Shown piece by piece: positions 46,701 to 57,760 of a stretch of 57,760 bases of DNA. The notes beneath the pieces were generated by a model. That model saw nothing but the letters and a program-made list of their open reading frames with translations, was not told the origin of the DNA and ran no database searches. Numbering within the stretch: the first letter of the stretch is position 1; each line of letters starts with the position of its first letter. The translations under genes were made by a program, and so were the position numbers. The stretch is from Paramoeba atlantica (lineage: Eukaryota > Protista > Discosea): positions 1 to 57,760 of the forward strand of contig CDRNVI010000176.1 in the NCBI GenBank assembly GCA_977017575.1. The letters run 5' to 3'.

Positions 46701-49296
46701 AAAAAATAGGCAACAAAGTACTCTCCTGATTGTCTTTATATGAACCCAAACAGTGAAGCACAGGTTTTTTTTTTGAACTCAGAAAAAATCTATTTTAAAA
46801 ACTTATTGAAACAATTTTTGGTTTTTTTTTTTTTTAATATTTTCATTCTTTTTGATTTTTTGTTTCATTTTAGCTCCGCCAATTATTTTTTGCTCCTTTT
46901 ACAACCAAAACTGGAGATGTTCATGAACAGTCTACAGTCTTTACTGTCTCTTTTTCTCTTTTTGAATTTTATTTCTTTTTTTAATTTGCAAAAAATAGGT
47001 GGATAATGAAGAAATTGAAAATGAACCATCTTCAAATCTAAAAGTCAAGAAGAAGAGAAAGATTGAAATCAAGTTTGAATTCTTTTTTAAATTGTCAAAA
47101 AAAAGCGGAGAAATGATATCGAAAAATGAATAGCGGATTGGGATTAAAACCTATTTCTTTCACACCAACTGGACTGCCTCAGTGTAACCAAGCAGTTTAC
47201 TTTTCTTCTTATTTATTAAATATGGGAATTATATTTTTGTTTTCTTATATTTCATTGGAAAGGTATTACGGAAATTAGCAGGACCAGACCCAACAGGAGA
47301 TCCACCTGTTTTAGGAGAAGGTTTCTCTTTTCTTTTCTTTTCCCAAAAAAACATATTTTTTCAAGATTTTTTTTGAGATTTTATTGATTGTTGTTTATTT
47401 TCAGCTGCGAAACATTGGAGAAAGAATCCAGAAGGAGGGAAAGAAGTATCAATTGCAATTCACAATTTAATTCAGGTATTTTTCTTTTTATTTCCATCTT
47501 TTTTCCAAAACCAATTTCGTTATCCAGATGCTTCAAGTGAACACAGTTTTGTCATCATTTATTATCCCTCTTCCTCAATTAGCAGACAAAAATAGTCGAG
47601 TTCATGCCTCCTTGAATCTCAATACAGAAACAGGAAGATTGGTACTTTTTTTTTCTCAATCAGTCTGCACACTTTTTTGAAAACTCATTGAAAGAATTTC
47701 AGAGCTGTCGAAACCCAAATTTGCAAAACCAGCCATCTTTAGAAAGAGATGTTTATAAAATTCGGAAGTTTTGAGTTTTTTTAAGATCTTTTGGGATGCA
47801 TATTCTATGTCTTACTCTTCTTTTTAAGTGCTTTCTGTACTCCACCAGGAAAAACTCTTATCGTTGCTGATTATAGCCAACTGGAGGTTTTTTTTGTCAA
47901 AATAACAGTATATTCTTGAAAATATCTCACAATTCATATCTCTGCCAGCTTCGAATTTTAGCTCATGTCACAAAATGTCAATCAATGATCGCTGCATTTC
48001 AACAGGTTTTTTTTCAAAAATGAGAATACAAAAGAAATGAATTCATTTTCTGAATAGGGAGGTGACTTTCATTCTCGCACAGCTATGGGTAACAATTTTT
48101 TCTTTTTTTTTTTTTTCAAATTTCATTGCAAAATTTTGATGTTCTTTTTTTTTGTGCGAATTAGGGATGTACCCACAAATTGAAGAAGCGGTTAAGAATC
48201 AAACAGTCTTATTAGAGTGGTAATACTCTCTCCCAGATCCACTTTTTTTTTTTGTTGAGGTCTTGACATTGATTTTCAGGGACACAACAAAGGGCGCTCC
48301 TCCTGCACCGTTATTGAAGGAAAAATACAAATTAGAGAGAAATAGAGCAAAAGTTCACTTTTTTTCTTTGTTTTGTCACCTTTTTTTTCTTATTTTTGCC
48401 CACCCTTATTATTAATAATAAGGTTCTCAATTTCTCAATTGCCTATGGAAAGACACCCCACGGACTTGCCAATGATTTTGGAGTTTCAGTAAATGAAGGT
48501 CTAATTTATTCATGACTTTTCCAAATTTCTTCTCTCTCTGATTATTTAATTAGCAAGTAATATTCTTGAAAGATGGTATTCTGATCGACCAGAGGTGAAA
48601 GATTGGCAACAAAAAACAATTGCACGCGCTCAAAAATATGGTTGACATTTCAAGTTCAAATTCTTAAAAAATAATCTAATTTATTCTCAAAATAGAATAT
48701 GTTCCAACACTGATAGGTCGTCATCGTCATCTACCTGATATTAACAGGTTTTTAGTTTTAGTTTCCAAATAATTAAATAAAATAAAAAGGTTCCAACCTT
48801 CATCTTCTTTTACAGTACAGTCCAAAAAAAGAAGAAACACAGTGAGCGAGTGGCCATCAACACTCCCATTCAGGTTGATTTTGAATTTTATTTTTTCTGA
48901 TTCTTTTTTTTTTTTAAATCAAAAAATAGGGTGGGGCAGCAGATATTGTTGTTCAGGCAATGATTTTGCTTCACAAAAGTGAACGATTGAAAGAAATGAA
49001 TTGGAGGTTGGATTTTTTTCTTTTGAAGTGTTTTCATTTTCCTTCATTCTGACATTCTTTTGAATATCATAATTAGACAAATTCTTCAAATCCATGATGA
49101 AGTTGTCTTAGAAGGGCCAGAGGAATCTGCTGAAGAGGCACTTCAAATTGTTTTGAGTATTATGGAACAGGTTTTTATTTATTTAAACTATTCATTCAAA
49201 ACCAAGTGAGACTCACTTTTCTTTTAGCCCTTTTCAAAACCACTCTTGGTGCCTTTACAAGCAGATGCTTCAATTACAGATACTTGGTCAAAATAA
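40724..49296 (+). CDS. POP: Family A organellar DNA polymerase (POP type) with an N-terminal 5'-3' exonuclease and a 3'-5' exonuclease; ~35 exons
   Basis: Ser/Arg-rich transit-like N-terminus; 5'-3' exo LLIDVS..YRFF, FDSQKNWRKD..YK, GFEADDTIASL, DYLALVGDA; POP-type exo HAVDTEVIDIDVK, FCGDDVNFGNG, DTMHMARLWD, YSVSDAE; Pol motifs TETGRLSCRNPNLQN, IVADYSQLELRILAH, RAKVLNFSIAYG, AINTPIQGGAAD, LQIHDEV. Confidence 0.9.
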
Positions 49297-49682
49297 ATGT
49301 AATTTAACAGGTCCATCCCTCTCCATTTCACTTTTGGATTTTTGATGAAATCAAACCTCCTTTTAAAAGGAACAGTTCTTTTTTCTCTCTGAAAATTCCT
49401 CTCTTTTTCTTCTTCCCTTTTTCCTTCCCCTCTCTTCAAAAAGAACAAATTTGGGAGAAAAAGGAAGATTTCTTTCACATCCAAAAAAAGCCTCTTTGAA
49501 AATCAATTTTTTTTTGCCAAGAAAACAAAGTTTTGAACTTTTATTGCCCCTGAAAATTCTTTCTTTTTGTCTTTTTCGTTTGTGTTTGGGTTGGAGAAAC
49601 TAAATTGTATTTTTTGTTTGTTCTTTCTTGGAGCGATTTTTTTGACTGTTTCTGAACACAATTGAAAAACTTTTTATTTTCG

Positions 49683-52600
49683 ATGAATCGAGGAAATGAG
49701 GTGATTAGAAAGAGGAGAGAAGAAGAAGAGAAAAAGATAAAGGAAGAAGAAGAAGAAGAAAAAGATAAAAGAAAGTTTGGGGTTGTTGCGTGCGAAAAAT
49801 ATTTTTCTTCTTTTTCTTCTTTTTCTCCTTTTTCTCCTTTTTCCTCTTTTTCTGATTTTTTTTCTCATTTTCAAAGAATGGAGATACAACTCCTCTTCAC
49901 TTGGCTGTTCAAGTAGGATCTGAAGAAGATGTTCAAATTTTATTGGAAAAAGGAGAATCAAATGTTGATCTCCCAGACAAGGTTCTTTTGTGTGATTTTA
50001 TTTTGATATTCTTGAATTTGTTATTTCTTTTTCTTTTTCTTTCTTTTCTTTTTTCACATTCTCATTTTTCTTTTTTTTTGGAAAAAAAGGATGGACAAAC
50101 TCCTCTTTTGATTGCTGCTGAAAATGGGTTTGAACAAATTGTTCGACTTTTATTGGAAAAAGGAAAACCAAACGTTGATCTTCCAGATCAGGTTCTTTTG
50201 TTGATTGTTTCTTTTTCTTTTTCTTTTCTCATTTTTCTTTTTTTTTGGAAAAAGGATGGACAAACTCCTCTTTTTATTGCTGCTCAAAATGGATATGAAC
50301 AAATTGTTCAACTTTTATTGGAAAAAGGAGGAGCAGATGTTGATCTTGAAACTAAGGTTCTTTTGTTCATTATTTTCTTTTTCTTTTTCTTTCACTTTCT
50401 CTCATTTTTTTATTATTTTTTTTAATGTAAAGGATGGGGCAACTCCTCTTTATATTGCTGCTCAAAATGGACATCAACAAACTGTTCAACTTTTACTGGA
50501 AAAAGGAAAATCCAATGTTAATCTTGCAACTAAGGTTCTTCTTTTAAAATTTTTTTTATTTTGAAATTGTTGAATTTGGTTTCTTTTTTTTTTCACTTTC
50601 TCATTTTTCTGTTTTTCTATTTCAAGTATGGGGGAACTCCTCTTTTTATTGCTGTTCAACAAGAATATGAACAAATTGTTCAACTTTTATTGGAAAAAGG
50701 AAAACCAAATGTTGATCTTGCAATGCAGGTTCTTCTTTTTATGATATTTTGAATTTGTTCTTTGGTTTCTTTTTTTTTTTCACTTTCTTATTTTTCTATT
50801 TTTATTTGTATCTAAAGGATGGAGGAACTCCTCTTTTGTTTGCTGCTCAAAAAGGAAATGAACAAATTGTTCAACTTTTATTGGGAAAAGGAAAACCAAA
50901 TGTTGATCTTGCAATGCAGGTTCTTCTTCTTATTATTGTATTTTGAATTTGTTGTTCATTGGTTTTTTTTCTTCACTTTCTCATTTTTCTATTTTTTTTA
51001 TATTCATGTAAAGTTTGGAGTAACTCCTCTTTATATCGCTGCTCAACAAGGACATGAACAAACTGTTCAACTTTTATTGGAAAAAGGAAAACCAAATGTT
51101 GATCTTGCAAACCAGGTTCTTCTTTTTATTATTATTATGTTATTTTGAATAAAATATTAATTTATTGGTATTTGGTTTTTTTTTTCACTTTCTCATTTTT
51201 TTATTTTCTAAAGGAGGGAATAACTTCACTTTTTATTGCTGCTCAATATGGACATGAACAAATTGTTCAAATTTTATTAGAAAAAGGAAAATCAAATGTT
51301 GATCTTGCAAATAAGGTTCTTTTGTTGTTTGTTTTCTTTTCTTTTTTTTTTCTTTTTCACTTTCTCATTTTTCGATTATTTTTTTAATGTAAAGAATGGA
51401 ACAACTCCTCTTTTAATTGCTGCTCAACAAGGATATGAACAAACTGTACAAATTTTATTGGAAAAAGGAAAACCAAATGTTGATCTTGCAATGCAGGTTC
51501 TTCTTCACATTGAATTTGTTGTTAATTTGGTTTCTTTTTCTTTTTTTTTTTTTTCGTTTTCTCATTTTTCTATTTTTTTTTAATGTAAAGGATGGAACAA
51601 CTCCTCTTTATATTGCTGCTCAAAATGGACATGAACAAACTGTTCAAATTTTATTGGAAAAAGGAAAACCAAATGTTCATCTTGTAAATAAGGTTCTTTT
51701 TCTCTTCTCTTATATTTTTTTATATTTTTCTTCACATTGAATTTGTTGTTAATTTGATTTCTTTTTCTTTCTTTTTTTTCACTTTCTCATTTTTCAATTT
51801 TGGTTTTCTTTTTCTTACTATTACTTTGAGTTTTGAATGAAAAATGGAACTCATATTTTCAAAATGAACAAAAAAACTAATAATTAAATTTCTCATTCTT
51901 TCTTTTTTTTTGTTCTCAAGGAACAAGAACAAACTCCACTTGATATTGCTGCTCAAAATGGACATCATCAAATTGTCCAACTTTTATTGGAGAAAGGAAA
52001 AGCAAATGTTAATTCCCAAAGAAAGGTTCTTTTTTTTCTTTTAAAAACAATATTTTTAGAATGAAAGGAAGTTTTTTGTTTTGATATTCAAGAAAATATC
52101 TAGTTCATTTTTTTTTTTTGAACTTTTTGCTGAAATCTTTTGATCTCAAAAGGCAGGAGTAACTCCTCTTTTTATTGCTGCTCAACAAGGACATGAACAA
52201 ACTGTTGAAGTGTTATTGGAAAAAGGGAAAGCAAATGTTGATCTTGCAACTAAGGTTTCTTCTTCTTATTATTATATTTTGAATTTGTTCTTTGGTTTCT
52301 TTCTTTTTTTGAATATTTTTTTTTTTTTTTAATGTAAAGTATGGGGTAACTCCTCTTTATATTGCTGCTCAACAAGGACAAGGACAAATTGTTCAACTTT
52401 TATTGAAAAAAGGAAAATCAAATGTTGATCTTGCAACTGAGGTTCTTTTGTTGTTTGTTTTTCTTCTCTTATTTGGTTCTTGTTCTTGTTAAGAAACTTT
52501 TTAACTTTTGACTTGTTGATTTGGTTTTTTTTTCCTTTTTTTGTTTTCATTTTTCGATTTTTTATCAAAAGGATGGAACAACTCCTCTTTCTATTGCTGC

Positions 52601-53123
52601 TGAAGAAGGATATGAACAAATTGTTCAAATTTTATTGGAAAAAGGAAAACCAAATGTTGATCTTGCAAATAAGGTTCTTTTTCTCTTCTTTTATTATTCT
52701 TTTCTTATTATTATTACTTTTTTTTTTTTTTTTTGAATTTTGATGAAATTTGGTTTTTCTATTTTTTTTATTTAAAGAATGGAATAACTCCTCTTTATAT
52801 TGCTGCTCAAAATGGACATGAACAAATTGTTCAACTTCTATTGGAAAAAGGAAAATCAAATGTTAATCTTGTGACTAAGGTTCTTTTGTTGATTGTTTTT
52901 TTGTGTTTAATTTATTATTTTATTCTTTGGGAAATGGGGACTTTTGGAGTGATTCTTTCTCTTCTTTAGGAAGGTAAAACAGTTCTTGATGTTGCAAAAG
53001 ATGAAAGAATTGTTAAGCTAATCATTCAAAAGGTTTAAGTTTTTTTTTTTGTTTTAATTATTCTTAAAATATTGATTAATGTGATTTCACCTTTTGTTTT
53101 CTTGATTTTAGGGACAAACTTAA
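49683..53123 (+). CDS. Ankyrin-repeat protein, ~15 repeats, one repeat per exon
   Basis: Repeated ~102-nt exons encoding xGxTPL(Y/F)IAAQxGHEQ(I/T)VQLLLEKGKPNVDL, separated by phase-0 T-rich introns. Confidence 0.9.
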
Positions 53124-53545
53124 AAACCAACTTAAACAAAAGTAGAAAATTAAAATGTAGAATTTCCAAAAACTAATTTTCAATATGAAGATATACAATC
53201 TTGTTGGAATAATAATAAAACTTTATTAAATTTTTATTAAATTGTTCTTAAAAGTCTTTGTCTTGTCTTTTCAGTGTACAGTTTAGTAAGGTCTTTTAGA
53301 AATGTACAATAGTTGAATTTTTTTTTTATTCTTTGAATTCTCTTTAAAGAAGATGGAATTGCAAATTTAGAGTAACAAATGAAACAAACAGAAAAAAAAC
53401 TTTTTTTTTTTTTTTTAATTTAGACATCAGAGATGCCATTTATTGAAATGAAGTGTAATCTGAACACCCAAGAATACACTTAAATTAAATTGTTATAATT
53501 AAGTAGGATTAACCCACTTCAATGCCAACTTAGTGGCCAAAAGCT

Positions 53546-53962
53546 CTAATGTTTCTTTCTATTTCTCATTTGAATCTCTTTCAAAATTCTTTTCTTCTCA
53601 ACAGCTTTAATAGGCCTAATAATCTTCCTTACAATGGAAGGTCTCATTGCACTCTTCAACCAGTGGTTCCTTGCTTGCTCATACTTCTCTCTCCACTTTC
53701 AGTTTTCTTTTTCAACAAAACTTTCTAACATCTCACCAGGTGCAGTTTTTTCTGGAAACCACTTAACAATATTATTTGAAATGAACACAAGAGAAATTAT
53801 TGATCCATTCAGTGCAGCTTGCACTGGAAAGTAAACATTATTAGTTGTAATCACCTTGTCCCTATACATTGCAAAAAACTAACGAATTTTTTCGAAAGAT
53901 TTACGAATCGAATCGATTAAGGTGACGATTCTATCCGAAAGAGACGAAAAACGTCGAAGCAT
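53546..53962 (-). pseudogene. Reading frame of ~138 codons with two internal stops; unknown
   Basis: MLRRFSSLSDRIV...KIR*FFAMYRDKV...EKEN*KWREKYEQARNHWLKSAMRPSIVRKIIRP...RKKH*. Composition looks coding and no T-rich introns are present. Confidence 0.35.
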
Positions 53963-55459
53963 AAGGTGTGCTAAAAAAGAAACCTTTTGTTTTTCTTTGA
54001 TTTTCTCAATTCTTTCTTTTGATTGTGTGTGGAAAAGTGAAATGATTGATCTGGTGGTGTTGTTTTTAATAGTTTGTGAATAAAGAAAAAAAAAAAGAAT
54101 AACAAACTAAAACATTCACTTGAAATATGGAATAAAAAAGTTCATTGGTAAATCAAACAATCTATCATGTATCTTTCCAAACCTTTCAACTCTTCTTTTC
54201 TTTCAATTTCTTTCTTTTCTCTTTCTATTTTTCTTTTTTTTTCTCACCCGCCACTTTCTTTTCCGAAAAAGAAAAAAAAAATCCAATTCCCAATCAAATG
54301 TTGCCACATCAGCCATTTTCTTTTTCTTTTTTTGGTTTTTTTTTTGGTTTTTTGTTTCGAACAGTTTTTTTTTTCTTTTTTGTTTGTGAGAAAGAAAGAA
54401 AAAAAGAAAAAGAAAGAGAAAGAGAAAGATTCAACAAAAAAGAGAAAAAAACAAAAAAAAACAAAGAAAAAGGATTGTATGACCAAAATTGATTGAAAAG
54501 ATCCAAATGCAAACCAAAAATAAGATTAAAGAAGAAAAAAAGAAAAAGAATTGAATTTGTATTGGTCTTATCTTGATGGAAGCTTGAACAACTAAGAAAA
54601 AACAAGAACATTTGAATTCTTTTTCACTTTGTCAAATTTCAAGAAAAAAAATTGCACCCAAAATAAAAATCGGTTTTTCGGCAAAAAAGTTTTTCTTTTT
54701 TGTTTTTTGTTTTTGTTTGATTTTTGTGTTTGGTTTTTGTTTTTTGAAAGATGAGAAAAATAGACTTTTAGAAATCAAGAGATTTTTGGTTTTTCAATGT
54801 ATCACTTTTATATTAAGAAAGAGAAACGAAAAACCAATCTATTTTTCTCAAAGTGAGAAAGATAAGAGAATTCACAAAATTTATCCGGTGATCCAATTCT
54901 TTGAGGTTTTCTTTCTTTTCTTTTTTCCTCTTCTTTTTCTTGTTTCTTTTTTTCTTTTTCTCTTTTTCTTTTTCGTTTCTTTTTTCTTCTTTTTCCTTCA
55001 TCTCTTTTTCTTTTTTACTTTTTTTCATACAAAATTGTTTTTTTTTTTCTTTTTCCTTTTTTCTTTTTCTCTTTTTTCTTTTTCTCTTTTTTCTTTTTCT
55101 CTTTTTTCTTTTTCTCTTTTTTTTTTTCTTTTTTGAAAAGATTTAGAAAAATGAAAAACTAATTCTTTTTATTCTCAGAATGAACAAAATAAAAAAAATC
55201 AAAAGGGATTCATTTTCTTTTGTGTTGAGTGGGAACAGGATTTCTTTTTTTTCAATGGTTTTTTGATTTCTTTTTTGATTTCTTTTTTTCTTTTTCTCTC
55301 ATTTTCTTCTTTTTTTTTTCTTTTTGTTTTTTTTTATTTCTTTTTTATTTCAGGGTTTTGAAAGCTTAAAAATATGAAAGTTTGTTTTTTGTTGTTTCTT
55401 TTAAGTTTTAATTTTTTTGTTGATATTCGGAATTTTTTTTGTTTTATTTTTTTTTATTT

Positions 55460-56884
55460 TAATTGTTTTTTTTCTTCAGAGAGTGTTTTTTATCATTGAA
55501 AATGACATCGTCTTATTCCCTGTGATTTACTGTATCCAAAGAATCCTATTTTTCTCTCAGATAAAGCACAATGTGATGTGATGGGTTAGAGGTTCAGTTT
55601 CTTTTTTCCAACATTTTTTTAAACAATATTTAAATAATTAAAGTTTTAATGTTTTTTCCTTCAGAAACTGTTCTTTATCATTGAAAATAATATCGTCTTA
55701 TTCCTTGTGATTTACTATATCCAAAGAAGCCTATTTTTCTCAGATAAAGCACCTGATGTGATATGAGGGGTTCAGTTTCTTTTTTCCGGTATTTTTTTAA
55801 ACAATAACTAATTACTTTTTTTTATTGTTTTTTCCTTCAGAAACTATTCTTTATTATTGAAAATGATATCGTCTTATTCCTTGTAATTTACTGTATCCAA
55901 AGAAGCCTATTTTTCTCAAATAAAACACTTGATGTGATGTGAGGGGTTCAGTTTCTTTTTTTCGATATTTTTTTAAACAATAACTAATTACTTTTTTTTA
56001 TTGTTTTTTCCTTCAGAAACTGTTTTTTATCATTGAAAATACTATCGTCTTATTCCCTGTGATTTACTCTCTCCAAAGAAGCCTATTTTTCTCAGATAAG
56101 CACCTGATGTGATGTGAGGGGTTCAGTTTCTTTTTTTCAGTATTTTTTTAAATAGTAACTAATTACTTTTTTTTATTATTTTTTCCTTCAGAAACTGTTC
56201 TTTATCATTGAAAATGATATCGTCTTATTCCCTGTGATTTACTGTATCCAAAGAAGCCTATTTTTCTCAGATAAAGCACTTGATGTGATGTGAGGGGTTT
56301 AGTTTCTTTTTTTCAATATTTTTTTAAACAATAACTAATTAGTTTTTTTTATTGTTTTTTCCTTCAGAAACTGTTCTTTATCATTGAAAATACTATCATC
56401 TTATTCCCTGTGATTTACTCTCTCCAAAGAAGCCTATTTTTCTCAGATAAGCACCTGATGTGATGTGAGGGGTTCAGTTTCTTTTTTTCGGTATTTTTTT
56501 AAATAGTAACTAATTACTTTTTTTTATTGTTTTTTTCTTCAGAGAGTGTTTTTTATCATTGAAAATTACATCGTCTTATTCCTTGTGATTTACTGTATCC
56601 AAAGAATCCTATTTTTCTCTCAGATAAAACACAATGTGATGTGATGTGAGGGGTTCAGTTTCTTTTTTCTGATATTTTTTTAAACAATATTTAAATAATT
56701 AAAGTTTTAATGTTTTTTTCTTTCAGAGAGTGTTCTTTATCATTGAAAATAACATTGTCTTATTCCTTGTGATTTACTGTATCCAAAGAAGTTTATTTTT
56801 CTCTCAGATAAGCACTTGATGTGATGTGAGGGGTTCAATTTCTTTTTTTCCGACATGTTTTTAAACAATAACTAATTACTTTTT
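55460..56884. repeat. Subtelomeric satellite, 8 units of ~176-185 bp
   Basis: Units start (CTTCAG/TTTCAG) at 55474, 55659, 55835, 56011, 56186, 56362, 56537 and 56721; shared core TATCATTGAAAA..CGTCTTATTCC..GATTTAC..TCCAAAGAA..GTGATGTGAGGGGTTCAG. Confidence 0.95.
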
Positions 56885-57760
56885 TTTAGGGTTTAGGGTT
56901 TAGGGTTTAGGGTTTAGGGTTTAGGGTTTAGGGTTTAGGGTTTAGGGTTTAGGGTTTAGGGTTTAGGGTTTAGGGTTTAGGGTTTAGGGTTTAGGGTTTA
57001 GGGTTTAGGGTTTAGGGTTTAGGGTTTAGGGTTTAGGGTTTAGGGTTTAGGGTTTAGGGTTTAGGGTTTAGGGTTTAGGGTTTAGGGTTTAGGGTTTAGG
57101 GTTTAGGGTTTAGGGTTTAGGGTTTAGGGTTTAGGGTTTAGGGTTTAGGGTTTAGGGTTTAGGGTTTAGGGTTTAGGGTTTAGGGTTTAGGGTTTAGGGT
57201 TTAGGGTTTAGGGTTTAGGGTTTAGGGTTTAGGGTTTAGGGTTTAGGGTTTAGGGTTTAGGGTTTAGGGTTTAGGGTTTAGGGTTTAGGGTTTAGGGTTT
57301 AGGGTTTAGGGTTTAGGGTTTAGGGTTTAGGGTTTAGGGTTTAGGGTTTAGGGTTTAGGGTTTAGGGTTTAGGGTTTAGGGTTTAGGGTTTAGGGTTTAG
57401 GGTTTAGGGTTTAGGGTTTAGGGTTTAGGGTTTAGGGTTTAGGGTTTAGGGTTTAGGGTTTAGGGTTTAGGGTTTAGGGTTTAGGGTTTAGGGTTTAGGG
57501 TTTAGGGTTTAGGGTTTAGGGTTTAGGGTTTAGGGTTTAGGGTTTAGGGTTTAGGGTTTAGGGTTTAGGGTTTAGGGTTTAGGGTTTAGGGTTTAGGGTT
57601 TAGGGTTTAGGGTTTAGGGTTTAGGGTTTAGGGTTTAGGGTTTAGGGTTTAGGGTTTAGGGTTTAGGGTTTAGGGTTTAGGGTTTAGGGTTTAGGGTTTA
57701 GGGTTTAGGGTTTAGGGTTTAGGGTTTAGGGTTTAGGGTTTAGGGGTTTAGGGTTTAGGG
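56885..57760 (+). repeat. Telomere (TTTAGGG)n, ~125 units, G-strand pointing to the window end
   Basis: Pure heptamer array with a single TTTAGGGG variant at 57739-57746. Confidence 0.99.

Noticed and set aside
53546-53962. Evidence for an alternative nuclear genetic code
   Set aside because: Well-supported genes in the window end at TGA and TAA and contain no in-frame stops.
54480-54900. Coding-like patches before the satellite
   Set aside because: Fragmentary, with no recognisable product or consistent frame.
1-55450. Dozens of F/L/S-rich or K/R/E-rich ORFs in the supplied track
   Set aside because: They are translations of T/CT-rich introns and their complements, i.e. low-complexity artefacts rather than membrane proteins.
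55460-56884. CRISPR-like or coding repeat
   Set aside because: There are no unique spacers, the context is eukaryotic, and there is no open frame; it is a plain satellite.
57739-57746. TTTAGGGG variant as a meaningful telomerase feature
   Set aside because: A single event near the read end; a homopolymer sequencing error is equally likely.

Overview
Right-hand end of a chromosome from an AT-rich, intron-dense eukaryote, probably a protist. An amoebozoan is plausible from the POP-type polymerase and gene style, but that is inference. The window ends in about 125 copies of the TTTAGGG telomere repeat, preceded by an 8-unit ~176-bp subtelomeric satellite. Most of the supplied ORF track is artefact from T/CT-rich introns, so I pieced the genes together by eye from exon fragments; internal boundaries are approximate. 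Left to right: an unknown spliced gene; three HS2ST/UST-like sulfotransferase paralogues plus a fourth fragment (minus strand), two of which carry unrelated mobile-like insertions in the same intron; two tandem secreted LRR genes; a duplicated orphan gene; a large kexin-like gene with two subtilase domains, both apparently catalytically dead, with four tRNA-Met genes in one intron; an RGS protein; a filamin-LRR-HECT E3 ligase; a TRIM-NHL protein; a POP-type family A DNA polymerase with an N-terminal 5'-3' exonuclease; and an ankyrin gene built of one exon per repeat. The best candidates for something undescribed are the double pseudo-kexin with PA domains inside its P domains, its intronic tRNA-Met cluster with mixed initiator/elongator identity elements, and the TIR-bounded element carrying a perfect 46-bp hairpin.
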